Assembly: GCA_963718895.1 (NCBI GenBank)
Contig: CAVRAG010000008.1
Span: forward strand, 960,001 to 1,024,000
DNA: 64,000 nt
Source of the DNA: an uncultured Nitrososphaerota archaeon
GTDB lineage: Archaea > Thermoproteota > Nitrososphaeria > Nitrososphaerales > Gagatemarchaeaceae
Direction of reading: 5' to 3'
Part shown: positions 1 through 10,095 of the stretch, in pieces
Position numbering within the stretch: the stretch's first letter is position 1
Layout of the letters: each line of letters opens with the position of its first letter
The notes under the pieces: generated by a model
Database searches by the model: none
What the model saw: the letters and a program-made list of their open reading frames with translations, nothing else
What the model was told of the DNA's origin: nothing
Program-made: the position numbers and the translations under genes

Positions 1-5
1 CAGCG

Positions 6-1769
6 ATGGTCTTCGGCGCAGGATATCTGTATGACAGGGTCTCCGTCATGATACACCAAGGAGTGGCGACCGTAGCCGACATCTTCTTGGTGATCGCGGC
101 CCTTAGCCTGCTCTTCTCGGGCGGGGCCCTGACCGCCTCTCTCCCTCAGTCGCTGAGGGTCAGGTTCAGGAGGCCGCAGAAGAAAGAGACTACGAAGCAG
201 GTCTACGGCTTCGGCACGGTGGTCGCTGTGGGGGTGGGCGCGACGCTCGGGTCACCGCTCTTCATCCTGATACCGCAGAACGTCGTTCAGTACCTCTTCG
301 TCTCGATCGGATCGCTCTGCCTCGCGACGATCCTCTCCGTCCTGATGGCGAAGGTCTATGGCGATATGTACGTGGAGATGGGAAAGCGAGGCCTTGAGGC
401 GGTGGGCGGGCCTTCCTTCACAAAGATCGCCGTCGGGACCCGCAGCGTAAGGTACTTCCTCTCGAGGATATCGATGTGGATAGCCAACACAGCCCTAGCG
501 GCGTACTCCCAGATTGTCTTCGTGATCTTCGACTTCTCGTACTTGCCGGGCATACTCGGCTCTCTGGGGGTGAGTGCTCCGATAGCCACTCTGTTGGTCT
601 GGGCCATCGCCGGAGCCCTGGTGACCTGGACCGGGCTCAACCTTGTCTTCGAGAGGAACCTCCTCAGGGCGACCGGGGTCATCCAGGTGCTCCTCGCATC
701 CGTCCTGGTCATCATCCTTCTCGCTCACAGTTACCTGCTCGGCTCGACCGGGTCCTGGAACCTGACCGGGATAATGGATCTGCCCGCGGCAGGGAACTGG
801 CCTCTCGCGCTGGTGACAAACACGGCCTACCTCTACCTCCTCTTCTTCGGTTTCCAGGAAATCCAGTCCCTCGAGAGGGATGCGATCTCCTCGTCGCCGA
901 TCCCGGTGATATCTTGGATCAAGCGCGGGTACCGGCTCGACAAGACCAAGTACCTCGGGGCGGCGATGATCCTGACGGTCCTGATCGCCTCGGCGGTCAA
1001 CATATTCTATGCGCTCGCGGTCTTCTCATCGCACCCCGATCCGGCCGCTGTCAAAGCATCCCAGATCCCCGCGTTGTACCTCGCCGAACGCTTCCTGGGG
1101 CCGACCCAGGAACTCCTGATCGCGATCGCGTTCCTCATAGCGACCCTGACGACGTTCGTGCCTGCCTTCCTGGCCGCGACGCGCCACTTCTCCGCGCTCA
1201 GCGAAGACGGATACATACCAGGATCCCTCAAGAACGCGTCCTGGATATTCACCCTCGCGGCGATTCTCTTCCTGGCGGTGGGGAACCAGTCGTTCTTGGT
1301 CGAAATCACAGACTTTATGGTCCTGATCTCCCTCGGGATCATAGTGCTCTCGTCCGCGTGGTTCAAGAAGGCGAAGACCGGGTCGTTCGGCGGCTCCCGC
1401 CTGCCGATCTTCGTCAGCGCCAGTTGCTTCGTCGCGGGCGCGGCCGTCTATCTCATAGATTCGTCGGTGGTCGTGTTCGGTGCGCTGGCCATCCTCTTCT
1501 CGTACTTCATCTTCGATGTCCTTGAACTCGGCACCTTCGGGGTGCAGTTGTTCCTATCCATCTTCAGCCTCTCCTGCCTTCCCCTACTCGCCCTCTTCAG
1601 CCTGGATTCGCTGCCCGCGGGCGCCTTCCTCGGCGCCCTATCCATCAGTGGGTACCAAGCGGATACGATCCTCTACGCGCTGCTGGTGATCGCGCCGATA
1701 GCCATCTTCGCGAATCTGTACGTGGATTCAAGGATCTTCCTGCCGGCTCAGAGGCGCCGGCCCGGTTGA
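6..1769 (+). CDS. APC-family amino acid/polyamine permease (may be 5'-truncated at window edge)
   Basis: Many hydrophobic segments; APC TM1-like motif VAVGVGATLGSPLF and TM6-like LFFGFQE. Confidence 0.8.
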   Translation: MVFGAGYLYDRVSVMIHQGVATVADIFLVIAALSLLFSGGALTASLPQSLRVRFRRPQKKETTKQVYGFGTVVAVGVGATLGSPLFILIPQNVVQYLFVSIGSLCLATILSVLMAKVYGDMYVEMGKRGLEAVGGPSFTKIAVGTRSVRYFLSRISMWIANTALAAYSQIVFVIFDFSYLPGILGSLGVSAPIATLLVWAIAGALVTWTGLNLVFERNLLRATGVIQVLLASVLVIILLAHSYLLGSTGSWNLTGIMDLPAAGNWPLALVTNTAYLYLLFFGFQEIQSLERDAISSSPIPVISWIKRGYRLDKTKYLGAAMILTVLIASAVNIFYALAVFSSHPDPAAVKASQIPALYLAERFLGPTQELLIAIAFLIATLTTFVPAFLAATRHFSALSEDGYIPGSLKNASWIFTLAAILFLAVGNQSFLVEITDFMVLISLGIIVLSSAWFKKAKTGSFGGSRLPIFVSASCFVAGAAVYLIDSSVVVFGALAILFSYFIFDVLELGTFGVQLFLSIFSLSCLPLLALFSLDSLPAGAFLGALSISGYQADTILYALLVIAPIAIFANLYVDSRIFLPAQRRRPG

Positions 1770-1805
1770 CAGGACCCCGGTCCCGCGGTCGTTGCGCTCC
1801 CTGGC

Positions 1806-2906
1806 CTAGGGGCTGAGGGGCTTGGAGGCCCGTGTACCAAGCCCCAGCTGGGATGAGAAGGCCTCGCCCTTCTGGCCCAGGAGCATCAGCCGGTCCGTGG
1901 TCATCCGAGGGTCGAGCTCGCGCATCGCCTGAAGCATGTCCTTGGACTGGACGAAGACCCCGACCACCGCCTGCATGAAGTCGAAGCACGCGAGGGTCTC
2001 GAGGATGTCCTCTCCAGCCGACTCGAGCCTGACGAGCCTGAGCTTGTCCCGGTCGAGCTGAATGATCGCATCCAGGAGACGGCCCATCGTCTGCTTCAGC
2101 GTGCTCAGGTCCAGGTACCTGTTCAGCGAGGGCTCTCCGGTGACGTCAATCTTCCCCGTCTTCTCGGAGTACTCCACCGTCACGAAGGAGTCCTTGTTGG
2201 AGCGTGAGAAGACCACGGTCGCGCTCGCGGAGGTCTCATGGTTGGTGAAGACCGCGGAGAGGTGGTTCCCGGAGGCGCGTGCCTCGGACAGAACGTAGTT
2301 GTCGAGCTTCTCGTAGTCCGGGACAGGCTCCTTCTTCAGCCAGCCCTTGCCGGTCCGTACGGGAATCCTCGTGCCTTTCCAGATCGTCGCCACGGCAAGC
2401 TCGCTCTTGAAGAGCTTCGAGTTGGCCGTGTTCAGGAGGAACTGGTACTCGATGTCCCCCGGCGACTTGTAATTTGCGTAGGTGGCGTACGACCCCTCCG
2501 AGAGGTTGAGGCCTATCTCCTCGTCCAGAATCGGAAGGGGCGTCACCGCGAGGAACGACTCAAGGCTCTTGACCGCCTTCACCTTCAGCGAGTTGACCTC
2601 CGCCGAGAACTCCTCAATCGTCTTCTTCAACCTCTCGTTGACCCTGGCCCTGCTCTGCTGGACAGCGGCCGAGACGAAGTCGTTCACGGTCTTCGCCAGC
2701 GGCTCGATGTACTCCGAGTCGAGCTTGCTCGCGTGGAAGAGCGCCGATATCCCCGTCTGGAGCTCCTCGATAGCGTCCAGCTGTCTCTCCATGTCCCTCT
2801 TGGCCCCGTTCTGCTTCTCGATCGACTCGACCAAGCTCTGCGAGTATCTGACCGCGTCGATCAGCTCCGTGAAGAAGGCGGTAGCCCCCGTATCTGCGTC
2901 GGACAC
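1806..2906 (-). CDS. Hypothetical protein with N-terminal coiled coil
   Basis: 366-aa ORF with normal composition and a helical, charged N-terminus; no recognised motif. Confidence 0.75.
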   Translation of the reverse strand: MSDADTGATAFFTELIDAVRYSQSLVESIEKQNGAKRDMERQLDAIEELQTGISALFHASKLDSEYIEPLAKTVNDFVSAAVQQSRARVNERLKKTIEEFSAEVNSLKVKAVKSLESFLAVTPLPILDEEIGLNLSEGSYATYANYKSPGDIEYQFLLNTANSKLFKSELAVATIWKGTRIPVRTGKGWLKKEPVPDYEKLDNYVLSEARASGNHLSAVFTNHETSASATVVFSRSNKDSFVTVEYSEKTGKIDVTGEPSLNRYLDLSTLKQTMGRLLDAIIQLDRDKLRLVRLESAGEDILETLACFDFMQAVVGVFVQSKDMLQAMRELDPRMTTDRLMLLGQKGEAFSSQLGLGTRASKPLSP

Positions 2907-2960
2907 GCTCGTCGCGGACGTGGGAGAGGCGAATTAGATAAGGTAGGCGTTTTCGGCGAA

Positions 2961-3110
2961 GCTCGCCCTGCGGCCGTTCCCCCGTGGCGAACGCCCGGGT
3001 GTGGCGCCTCGAGCGGCAGCGCACCCGGCATCTGCGCCGGATGCCGATCCGGGTGGCGATGGTGAAGGGGTCGGTGGGCACCCGGGCTGAGCAGGAGGGC
3101 GCAGGTGAGC
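2961..3110. other. GC-rich nested inverted-repeat element (possible ncRNA or leader)
   Basis: gctcgccctgcg/cgcaggtgagc closing stem, gcccgggtgt/gcacccgggc inner stem and cggcatctg-cgc-cggatgccg hairpin, all intergenic. Confidence 0.35.
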
Positions 3111-3118
3111 GCGAGGCT

Positions 3119-4639
3119 TCAGCCCCAACCCACCAGCGCACGGAAGAACCCCGAGATCACGTCGCGCACGGAGATCAGGAGTGCGTGCCTTGTCTCGACT
3201 CCCCCGGCGGCGATCACCGACAGTCGCTTGACCCTGAAGTAGATGGGCGGGTGGGGGTCGAACCTCAGCCAGTCGATGAACCGCGCCCGCGAGGAGTACT
3301 TCTCGTAGTAGAGCTGTCTGAAGCCTATCTGGGTGAGCGCTGCCGCCAGCGCGCCGGGCTTCCCCAAGACAGCCACGGACGCCGTGTCGGCCCGGGTCTC
3401 GAGGAACTTCCCGACCATGTAGATGACCGCGAACGCCAGGAGGAAGTAGAAGAGTTGCAGATCCAGCAGAAGAGGGAGCCAGAGGTACAGGCCGCCTAGG
3501 TACATCACGCTCATCACCGCATAGAGTATTATCGGGTCTCGCCCCCTTATGTGGCCGAGCTCGTGACCGATCACCGACTCCAGCTCCTCGTCGTTGAGGT
3601 CCTCCAGGGCGCCGGCCGTGATCGTCATCGAGGACATTCGGGGCGATATCCCGGTCGCCGCCGCGTTGTTGACCGGCGTGTTCACGATCGCGATCTTGGG
3701 CATCGGAAGGCGGAACCGTTCGGCCGCGTTCTTGACGAGGGCGTAGGGGTTCCTCGTCTTGATCTCTATGTCGTCAAGGCTGCAGTTCACTCCCGCCTGG
3801 ACGAGGATGCCGTGGATCGCGACCTTTGTCTCGGGATCACCCACGTTCCCCGCGGAGACGGTCTTTCCGAGCTGTTCCCTAATCTGGCGCATGACCTGTC
3901 TTCCCATTCTTGACAGCGAGCCGATCGCCTCGGGAGTGGACATCACTGTGACCACGGTGACGTCCGGCTGGTCCTTGGTGGGACGGACAGACCCGGCTCC
4001 CAGCACCAGCCGGTCGGAGAAGGCGAGGGCGACGGCCTGGACGACCAGAAGAGCGACCAGGGCGTTGTTGCCCAGGAGGAAGATGAAGAGGAAGCTGACG
4101 GCGACCAGGACGAGGTAGAGGTTCACGGTGTTCCCGGCGAAGACTCTCTTGATCACCTCCCGACGGAAGCTCGAGCTCGTCTGGTTCGGCGCCTCCATCC
4201 TCTCCTCCCTGCCAAGGGAGAAGACGAAGTGAAGGCTCGTCCGCTTTGCGTTTGTCAGGAACGCCGCAATCACCGCCCGGATGTCGTCGGTGACGTGGGC
4301 GCGGATGCTATCGATTCTCGGGGCTCCCTTGTCGTAGTCGCTGTAGTCGACGCTCGCCCCTTCCTGCGATATGGAGAGCTTGACCGACATCGTTGGCGGA
4401 AAGGCGATCACCGGCTCGCTGATCTTGGTCAAGTCCAGACTCCAGAGGAACTCGAGGAGACCGCCGTCCTCCGATTGGGACTTCTGGTAGGAGCGCGGCC
4501 GGAAGAAGCGGAGGTTTGGGGTGAGATAATACGTCTCCACGAACGCGCCAAGCCCCTTCAACGCGGGGGCGGGGATGTTCTCGCCGATCTCGATCCTCTC
4601 GTTCACCACGGCCCCGTAACCCGCGCCTTCAGAGGTCAA
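3119..4639 (-). CDS. M48/HtpX-family zinc metalloprotease with long N-terminal extension
   Basis: NAAATG, GHELGH zinc motif, ETRAD, HPP C-terminal motif, TM segments. Confidence 0.9.
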   Translation of the reverse strand: MTSEGAGYGAVVNERIEIGENIPAPALKGLGAFVETYYLTPNLRFFRPRSYQKSQSEDGGLLEFLWSLDLTKISEPVIAFPPTMSVKLSISQEGASVDYSDYDKGAPRIDSIRAHVTDDIRAVIAAFLTNAKRTSLHFVFSLGREERMEAPNQTSSSFRREVIKRVFAGNTVNLYLVLVAVSFLFIFLLGNNALVALLVVQAVALAFSDRLVLGAGSVRPTKDQPDVTVVTVMSTPEAIGSLSRMGRQVMRQIREQLGKTVSAGNVGDPETKVAIHGILVQAGVNCSLDDIEIKTRNPYALVKNAAERFRLPMPKIAIVNTPVNNAAATGISPRMSSMTITAGALEDLNDEELESVIGHELGHIRGRDPIILYAVMSVMYLGGLYLWLPLLLDLQLFYFLLAFAVIYMVGKFLETRADTASVAVLGKPGALAAALTQIGFRQLYYEKYSSRARFIDWLRFDPHPPIYFRVKRLSVIAAGGVETRHALLISVRDVISGFFRALVGWG

Positions 4640-4725
4640 TCAAAACACCCTGCTTCGTGAGATTGTGAGTTTCACGGGTCCTTATTTGCGTTCGCGGGGC
4701 CCGAGGTAGGTCTCGGACGGAGTGG

Positions 4726-5583
4726 TCAGGGGATGGCCGAGAGGAACTTGGTGACTCGCTCGTTGAACTCGGACGCGTTCTCGATGTGGGGGAAGTGCCG
4801 CGACCCGGAGATCACCGCGAACCAAGCCTGCGGGATCGATGTGGCGGCGAGCTTGCCGATGCGCCTCAGCCAGAGGGCGCTCTGTTCGCCGTTCACGACC
4901 AGTGTCTTGCATGCGATCTTGCGAATCTGAGTCTTGAACGGGGGGAACTTCGTCCTGAGTTCGCCTATGGTCCTGGCGTTGTCGAGCATCATCAGCCTCT
5001 GCGCCTCAGGCAAGGCGGCGAACGCCCCTGGCGAGCCCTGTACACCGTCCACGTTCAGCTCCACGGCCTTCTCCGTCTCCCCGGCATCGAGGGCCTTGAG
5101 GGAGGGATAGAGAGACTTCAGTTGGAAGTCCCTCGCCGAGAGTGCCACCGAAGGGCTGCGAAGGAGGAGCGAGAACATCTGACCCCGGCTGCGTTCGTCC
5201 TCGACGAGCAGGGTGGAGATCGCCGGCTCCACGAGGACGAGCGAGCGAACGAGCTCGGGATGGTCCGCAGCCAGCTGGGCGGCGATGAACCCGCCGTACG
5301 AATGACCGATGAGGTCGACGGGGCCTGCACCAAGCTTCTCTATCAGGCCCTTCAGGTCCCCGGCGTTGTTCCCAACAGTGCTGTCCAGGACGTCGCCCTC
5401 CCTCTTGTTTGGATGGGCGTACCGCCTGCTGTACGAGACCACCCGGCGGTCCTTGGAGAACGACCCAATCTGCGAGTTCCAGGCGCGGTAGTCCGTTGGG
5501 ATTCCATGGGAGAAGACGACTGCTGGACCCGTGCCAGATTCCTCGTAGTAGAGAGTCACTCCGTTGACGTCGACGCTGGGCAT
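4726..5583 (-). CDS. Alpha/beta hydrolase
   Basis: HG oxyanion motif, GHSYG nucleophile elbow, C-terminal His (SRHFPH). Confidence 0.9.
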   Translation of the reverse strand: MPSVDVNGVTLYYEESGTGPAVVFSHGIPTDYRAWNSQIGSFSKDRRVVSYSRRYAHPNKREGDVLDSTVGNNAGDLKGLIEKLGAGPVDLIGHSYGGFIAAQLAADHPELVRSLVLVEPAISTLLVEDERSRGQMFSLLLRSPSVALSARDFQLKSLYPSLKALDAGETEKAVELNVDGVQGSPGAFAALPEAQRLMMLDNARTIGELRTKFPPFKTQIRKIACKTLVVNGEQSALWLRRIGKLAATSIPQAWFAVISGSRHFPHIENASEFNERVTKFLSAIP

Positions 5584-5687
5584 CGGTTCTTACCGCAGTT
5601 TCGCGTGCTATAAGCAGTTCGAGGGATCCGGGACACGGCGAAACGAAGAGAGGCGGGTTCGGTTCCTTGAAGGCTAGGCCGGTCGAC

Positions 5688-6365
5688 CTAGCCGACCGTT
5701 ATCGCCCCGGTCATCCAGCCCGCCGTCGTCATCGCCCCGGCCGTCCCGTCCGCGCCAGACCCGCACGCCGACTCGCACAGCCAGGTGAAGGACCCCGCCG
5801 CGCCCGTTGTGAAGTAGGCCACTATGGTCGACTCCGATGCCATGGGTAGGTTCAGCCCGAGCGAGGGCACGGTAAAGGTGTGGGAGATCTCGTTGAGGGG
5901 TAACGTCGACACCTTCTGAGATCCCCTGAGAACTATGCCGTTCGGACCCTCTGTGGAGTTGATGGCGGTGCTGTTGTAGACAAGCTCCGACCCGTCGGAT
6001 GTCCCCGTGACATTCGTGTACTGCGGAGCCGCGAGGCTGGCGTTACCCTCATCGAAGTTTGTGATGACAAGTTCGATCAGGCGGTGCGCAGGAAGGGAGA
6101 TGTTCGCGGACGACTCCAGGCCGCTGGGTCCCAAGACGTAGTAGGCCGGCTGCGAGCCCACCGTGGAGTTGAAGTCGTTCTCCGTGGTTATTATGAGCGT
6201 TAGGACGTAGGGTTCCGTCGAGTTCCCCCCGGTTGTTGTGGTTATCGTTGTGCCGGTCCCGCTGAATCCCCCGTTCTGGGACGCGACCAGCCCCAGACCC
6301 GCGCCTGCGAGAACGCTCGCTGCTATCAGCCCGACTATCATGAATGCGGAGACGCCCTGTCTCAT
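5688..6365 (-). CDS. Membrane-anchored cupredoxin (sulfocyanin/rusticyanin-like)
   Basis: N-terminal TM, Thr linker, HTFT, C-terminal WLCESACG...M...WMTGAITV cupredoxin loop. Confidence 0.7.
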   Translation of the reverse strand: MRQGVSAFMIVGLIAASVLAGAGLGLVASQNGGFSGTGTTITTTTGGNSTEPYVLTLIITTENDFNSTVGSQPAYYVLGPSGLESSANISLPAHRLIELVITNFDEGNASLAAPQYTNVTGTSDGSELVYNSTAINSTEGPNGIVLRGSQKVSTLPLNEISHTFTVPSLGLNLPMASESTIVAYFTTGAAGSFTWLCESACGSGADGTAGAMTTAGWMTGAITVG

Positions 6366-6521
6366 ACTGCTACCCTCCCCGCCCTTTCACTTAAGATGTT
6401 CCACGGGTCGGTATCACGACATCCGCCGCGGCCGCCGCGGCCGCCGCGGCGAACTGGGGGAATCACCTAGGCATCACCGGTCGCACAATTCATTTACCGA
6501 CCGAGTAGCCCTTCGTCCTCG

Positions 6522-7499
6522 ATGGATTCGTCCCGCCGGATGCTCACGAGGCTGAGGCGAAGAGCGCATTTCGAGATAGACGTCCTGCCCCCGTTCAACT
6601 TCCGTCTGACCGTCAGGAAGCCAGCCGGCTGGAGTCTCTTCACATCGGAGGAGGTATACGAAGAAGGGACGCTCTGGACGGGCGTCCGCCTCGGAGGAAG
6701 GCCGATCGGGCTCAAGATCCAATCCCTTGGCACCGCCCAGAGGCCGCGGATGCTGGTGGGAGTCTATGCCGACCGCGAGGTCTCCGACGCCGACGCTGAA
6801 AGGCTGCGAGACATCCTGTCGGTCTGTCTGGGAGCGAAACAGGACCTCGGAGACTTCTACGGATTCGCAAGGAAAGACGAGATCCTGAAGCACGTGGTCG
6901 AGAGCCTGTACGGGATGCACGATACCCAGGCCGTCTCTCTCTTCAACTCCGTCATCCTCGCAATCTGCCTTCAGATGGCCAGGCTCAAGAGAAGCAACCA
7001 GATGATGGCGGCAATCGACCGGAGGTACGGCGAAGCCATCCAGTTCGACGGAAAACAGGTTGTGCTCCAGCCCACCGCAAAGAGGATTGCCAGGCTCAAT
7101 CCGGAGGTCTTTGCGGAGGAGTGCAAGCTCGGTTACAGGGCCAAGTACATCGTGGCTTCTGCGAAGATGATCGATGCAGGGTTCCCGGAGATGCAGGAAA
7201 TCATGAAGATGCCGCCGGAGAAGGCGAAGGAGGAGCTGGTCAAGCTACCGGGCATAGGGGACTACGCGGCCGACATCATCAACCCTCATGCCGGCTTCCC
7301 CATCGACGCCTGGTCGGTCGATGTCTTCGGGCTCCTCTTCTTCGGGAAGCAGCCCGAGAACAGGAGGGAGGCCATCGAGGAGGTGAAGCGAGAGGGAATC
7401 AGGCGCTGGGGCAGGTGGTCCTGGATGGCCTTCTTCTACGTCGCACAGGACCTCCGGAACCTCTCCAAGCAGCTCGGCATCCAGCTGCGGCTGGAGTGA
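6522..7499 (+). CDS. HhH-GPD DNA glycosylase (AlkA/Ogg1-like)
   Basis: LGYRAKYI, HhH motif LPGIGDYAAD, FPIDAW. Confidence 0.85.
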   Translation: MDSSRRMLTRLRRRAHFEIDVLPPFNFRLTVRKPAGWSLFTSEEVYEEGTLWTGVRLGGRPIGLKIQSLGTAQRPRMLVGVYADREVSDADAERLRDILSVCLGAKQDLGDFYGFARKDEILKHVVESLYGMHDTQAVSLFNSVILAICLQMARLKRSNQMMAAIDRRYGEAIQFDGKQVVLQPTAKRIARLNPEVFAEECKLGYRAKYIVASAKMIDAGFPEMQEIMKMPPEKAKEELVKLPGIGDYAADIINPHAGFPIDAWSVDVFGLLFFGKQPENRREAIEEVKREGIRRWGRWSWMAFFYVAQDLRNLSKQLGIQLRLE

Positions 7500-7503
7500 G
7501 CCG

Positions 7504-8040
7504 CTAGGCGCGCTTCGCCATGGAGTGCAAGGCCTTGGTCGTCCTCCAGTTTCTGGTCGTCGCTGTCACCTTCAGCGTCCTTTCGAAGAACGAGTTCGAC
7601 AACTTGGTCCGGCCGTATCCCTTGGGACAGTAGAGGTAGACTTCCCTTTCACCCATTGAGAAAGCCTCCCCTTCACCAGCCGCCTGATTTATTCTGTCGA
7701 TTGAGGAGACTGCTGGCTTGTTGTACAGGAACGTTACATGGATCCAATCCTCGACGCGCTCCGCGAAGGGATTCTCCTTGATCAACCTCTGAAGCTCGTC
7801 GCCTGACCTGATGAAGACTGGAATGTCAAACCCGAAGCGTTGCCTCAGACTCTTCTCTATCTCCAGGGCGAGGCTGGGAGATGGGGCTCCTGGATGCTCC
7901 GACACGACGTTCCCACTCTGGAGGTACGTCCTCACGTTCTGGTGGCCCAGCGAGACGTAGACCTGTTTCAGCTCCGCCATCGTCACCTTCTTGTGTCCAC
8001 TGACGTTTATGCCACGGAGCATCGAGACATAGCTGTTCAT
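7504..8040 (-). CDS. DUF1697 family protein
   Basis: LRGINVSG, TYLQSGNVV, TTRNWRT signatures. Confidence 0.9.
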   Translation of the reverse strand: MNSYVSMLRGINVSGHKKVTMAELKQVYVSLGHQNVRTYLQSGNVVSEHPGAPSPSLALEIEKSLRQRFGFDIPVFIRSGDELQRLIKENPFAERVEDWIHVTFLYNKPAVSSIDRINQAAGEGEAFSMGEREVYLYCPKGYGRTKLSNSFFERTLKVTATTRNWRTTKALHSMAKRA

Positions 8041-8122
8041 CCGGAATCGTCTGGGTTAATCGGCCGTAGGGACGATTACTTAACGGTCATGGATCCGCGA
8101 GTTCGATCATACCGGGATGAGG

Positions 8123-8698
8123 TTATCCTTGCTTCCACTTTTTGGTAAGGTCGCAAATCATGTCCGATTGTATGTTGAGGCCGATGTTGGTAATGTTGTA
8201 CAGGTGCTCGCTGGCGACCAGGTAAACAATCTCGCATATCTCTCGCTCCGAGTAGTGTCGAGCCAAGCGGTCGAATGTATCCGGGTCAATCTTCTTTTTG
8301 GTTGTAAGCTCCGTCGCATAGTCGAGAGCCGCGCGCTCCGCATCGTTGAAGAACGGACTCGTTCGGTACTCCTCAAGCGCATCGAACTTCGCCTGGTTCA
8401 TCGACATCAGGATCGAGTAGGCCCGGCTGCTGTCGATGCAAAAAGGACAGACATTGATCTGCGCCACACGCTGGCGAACAAGAAGGTTGGTCTCGGGGGG
8501 CAACTTGAGCCCCCTGTCCAGCTCGCCAATCTGGCCATAGAACTGCGCGAACGCAGACGGAAGGCGAGCAGAATGGACCTTGGAGGGAGTGAGCGCCCTA
8601 CCCAACGTGGCAGCTTGAGCAGCGTAGATCTGCTTCATTACCGGATCCTCAGGTTCCTCGATGGGGGGAAGGAACGGACCGTCTTGGTGGTGTTTCAT
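8123..8698 (-). CDS. Carboxymuconolactone decarboxylase/AhpD-family protein
   Basis: VAQINVCPFCID CxxC motif; ERAALDYA. Confidence 0.85.
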   Translation of the reverse strand: MKHHQDGPFLPPIEEPEDPVMKQIYAAQAATLGRALTPSKVHSARLPSAFAQFYGQIGELDRGLKLPPETNLLVRQRVAQINVCPFCIDSSRAYSILMSMNQAKFDALEEYRTSPFFNDAERAALDYATELTTKKKIDPDTFDRLARHYSEREICEIVYLVASEHLYNITNIGLNIQSDMICDLTKKWKQG

Positions 8699-8810
8699 GG
8701 TAGTTTGGGGCCCCGCTTGCAGTTGAACCCTAGCCTAAGCGAATTAGGCAAAAAGGAAGACGGAGATTGACACAAAGGAGCGCAGGTTCGAATGAAAGGC
8801 AGAAAGCTGC

Positions 8811-8821
8811 GGGCCGGAAGG
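8811..8821 (-). repeat. Possible att remnant (11-nt match to tRNA-Ile 3' end)
   Basis: gggccggaagg, intergenic, same orientation as tRNA-Ile end at 27707; short enough to be chance. Confidence 0.35.
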
Positions 8822-9047
8822 AGCCCGGCGACTTCACATCGCTCTGTTCCCGGCCCAGACCTGGGCCTCCCTGACAAGGATTCGTGTCAAGGTAGATTCG
8901 AAGCATTGGCACGGCATGGAGTTGTTATGCTCGTCAATCCTTTCTTACTCTATCAGTTCGACACATCCCCAATGTGCTCACGTTCCGTGCAGCAGCTTGC
9001 ATGTCGTGTCGAATTGAGCGGTGCACGTGACGCTTGCGGAGGCGCGA

Positions 9048-9986
9048 TTAATCCGAGAAAGCGGATTTTTCGATCCTGCTCACTCTCAGGAGTTCCACGA
9101 GCTTCTCAGGGAACATCATGGTCTTGGTAAGTAAGTCGACCCTAGCGCTTGTGACCCCTGGTTGCGACTTCGCCCACTCTAGGTAGCTCTGAACATCTGC
9201 CATCGTGGACGCGCTCACGACGACCCACCCATTGGCAGGGTCAGAGAACAGAACGGAGAGGTAGCTTGCTTCGAAGTGCGAAAGCATCGCCCGGTCCACG
9301 GTTCCCTTCGCCCCGTTCTGGGCGCAGCCGTAGGACAGGTATACAGGGATCAGCCCCGGGATGCCGCCCGCGTCGAGGCTCGCAAGAGCGAAGACCGTGT
9401 TTTCCATCCTCAAACGGCGCACGCTGTTTCTTACGGTCCTCGTTGAGAGGCCGAGTTCCTTTGATAACTTGACGAAGCTCTTGCGAGCATCGTTCGAGAG
9501 CGCGCGGATGATAGATACGTCCGTCTCTGAAATGCGCTCAGTCCTGCACCGTGGGAGGGCCCATCGGACCTGCGTCATCCTCTCGGTGTTCGTGATTCGG
9601 GAGATCAGCTCGATGGTTCGTGAACGCGACTCTTCACCGTTGTACACGACTATGAGCTTGAGTGCTCTCCCGTAGAAATCTATCATCCCTGTGACCTCGT
9701 TGACGAGCTTGAGCTTCCTGATCATGTCTGGCTTCGCGGATTCGGGTTCCACGTCCACCGTCGCGTCCATAACCCTGCAGCCGAAGAAGGTCGGGTTGAC
9801 TATGAGCCGCCACCCCGACATCGCGCCGGACACCTGCAGCCTCTTGTATCTGTAGTTCACCGTCATGTCGTCCGCCCCCAGACGTGCTGCGATGGACCTC
9901 AGGGATGAGCTCACCTGTGTGTCTGATGGAGCCACGGAGCCCTCTGACATGAGGGCCCTGAGGATCTTCACGTCGAGTTCGTCCAC
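9048..9986 (-). CDS. Lrp/AsnC-family regulator with two HTH-RAM units
   Basis: MDELDVKILRAL HTH and a second HTH (DVSIIRALSNDARKSF...LGLSTRTV). Confidence 0.85.
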   Translation of the reverse strand: MDELDVKILRALMSEGSVAPSDTQVSSSLRSIAARLGADDMTVNYRYKRLQVSGAMSGWRLIVNPTFFGCRVMDATVDVEPESAKPDMIRKLKLVNEVTGMIDFYGRALKLIVVYNGEESRSRTIELISRITNTERMTQVRWALPRCRTERISETDVSIIRALSNDARKSFVKLSKELGLSTRTVRNSVRRLRMENTVFALASLDAGGIPGLIPVYLSYGCAQNGAKGTVDRAMLSHFEASYLSVLFSDPANGWVVVSASTMADVQSYLEWAKSQPGVTSARVDLLTKTMMFPEKLVELLRVSRIEKSAFSD

Positions 9987-10095
9987 TGGATTCCCCTAGC
10001 AATCAATCTTGCACGCTTCCTATTTATCCATCGCTTCACTTCTGCCCAAATCGTTTAGGCAACGATTCAAATGTCCGCGCCACTTACGTTCTGGC

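Noticed and set aside
3055-3070. ggcgatggtg resembling a fluoride riboswitch start
   Set aside because: The required complementary tcgcc and downstream consensus are absent
476-3499. Long alternative-frame and antisense ORFs here and throughout (e.g. 41164-42474, 46052-46999)
   Set aside because: Arg/Gly/Pro-rich shadow ORFs expected at high GC, overlapping well-supported genes
6423-6449. Three tandem copies of ccgccgcgg
   Set aside because: Short GC microsatellite without spacers; not CRISPR and no evident function
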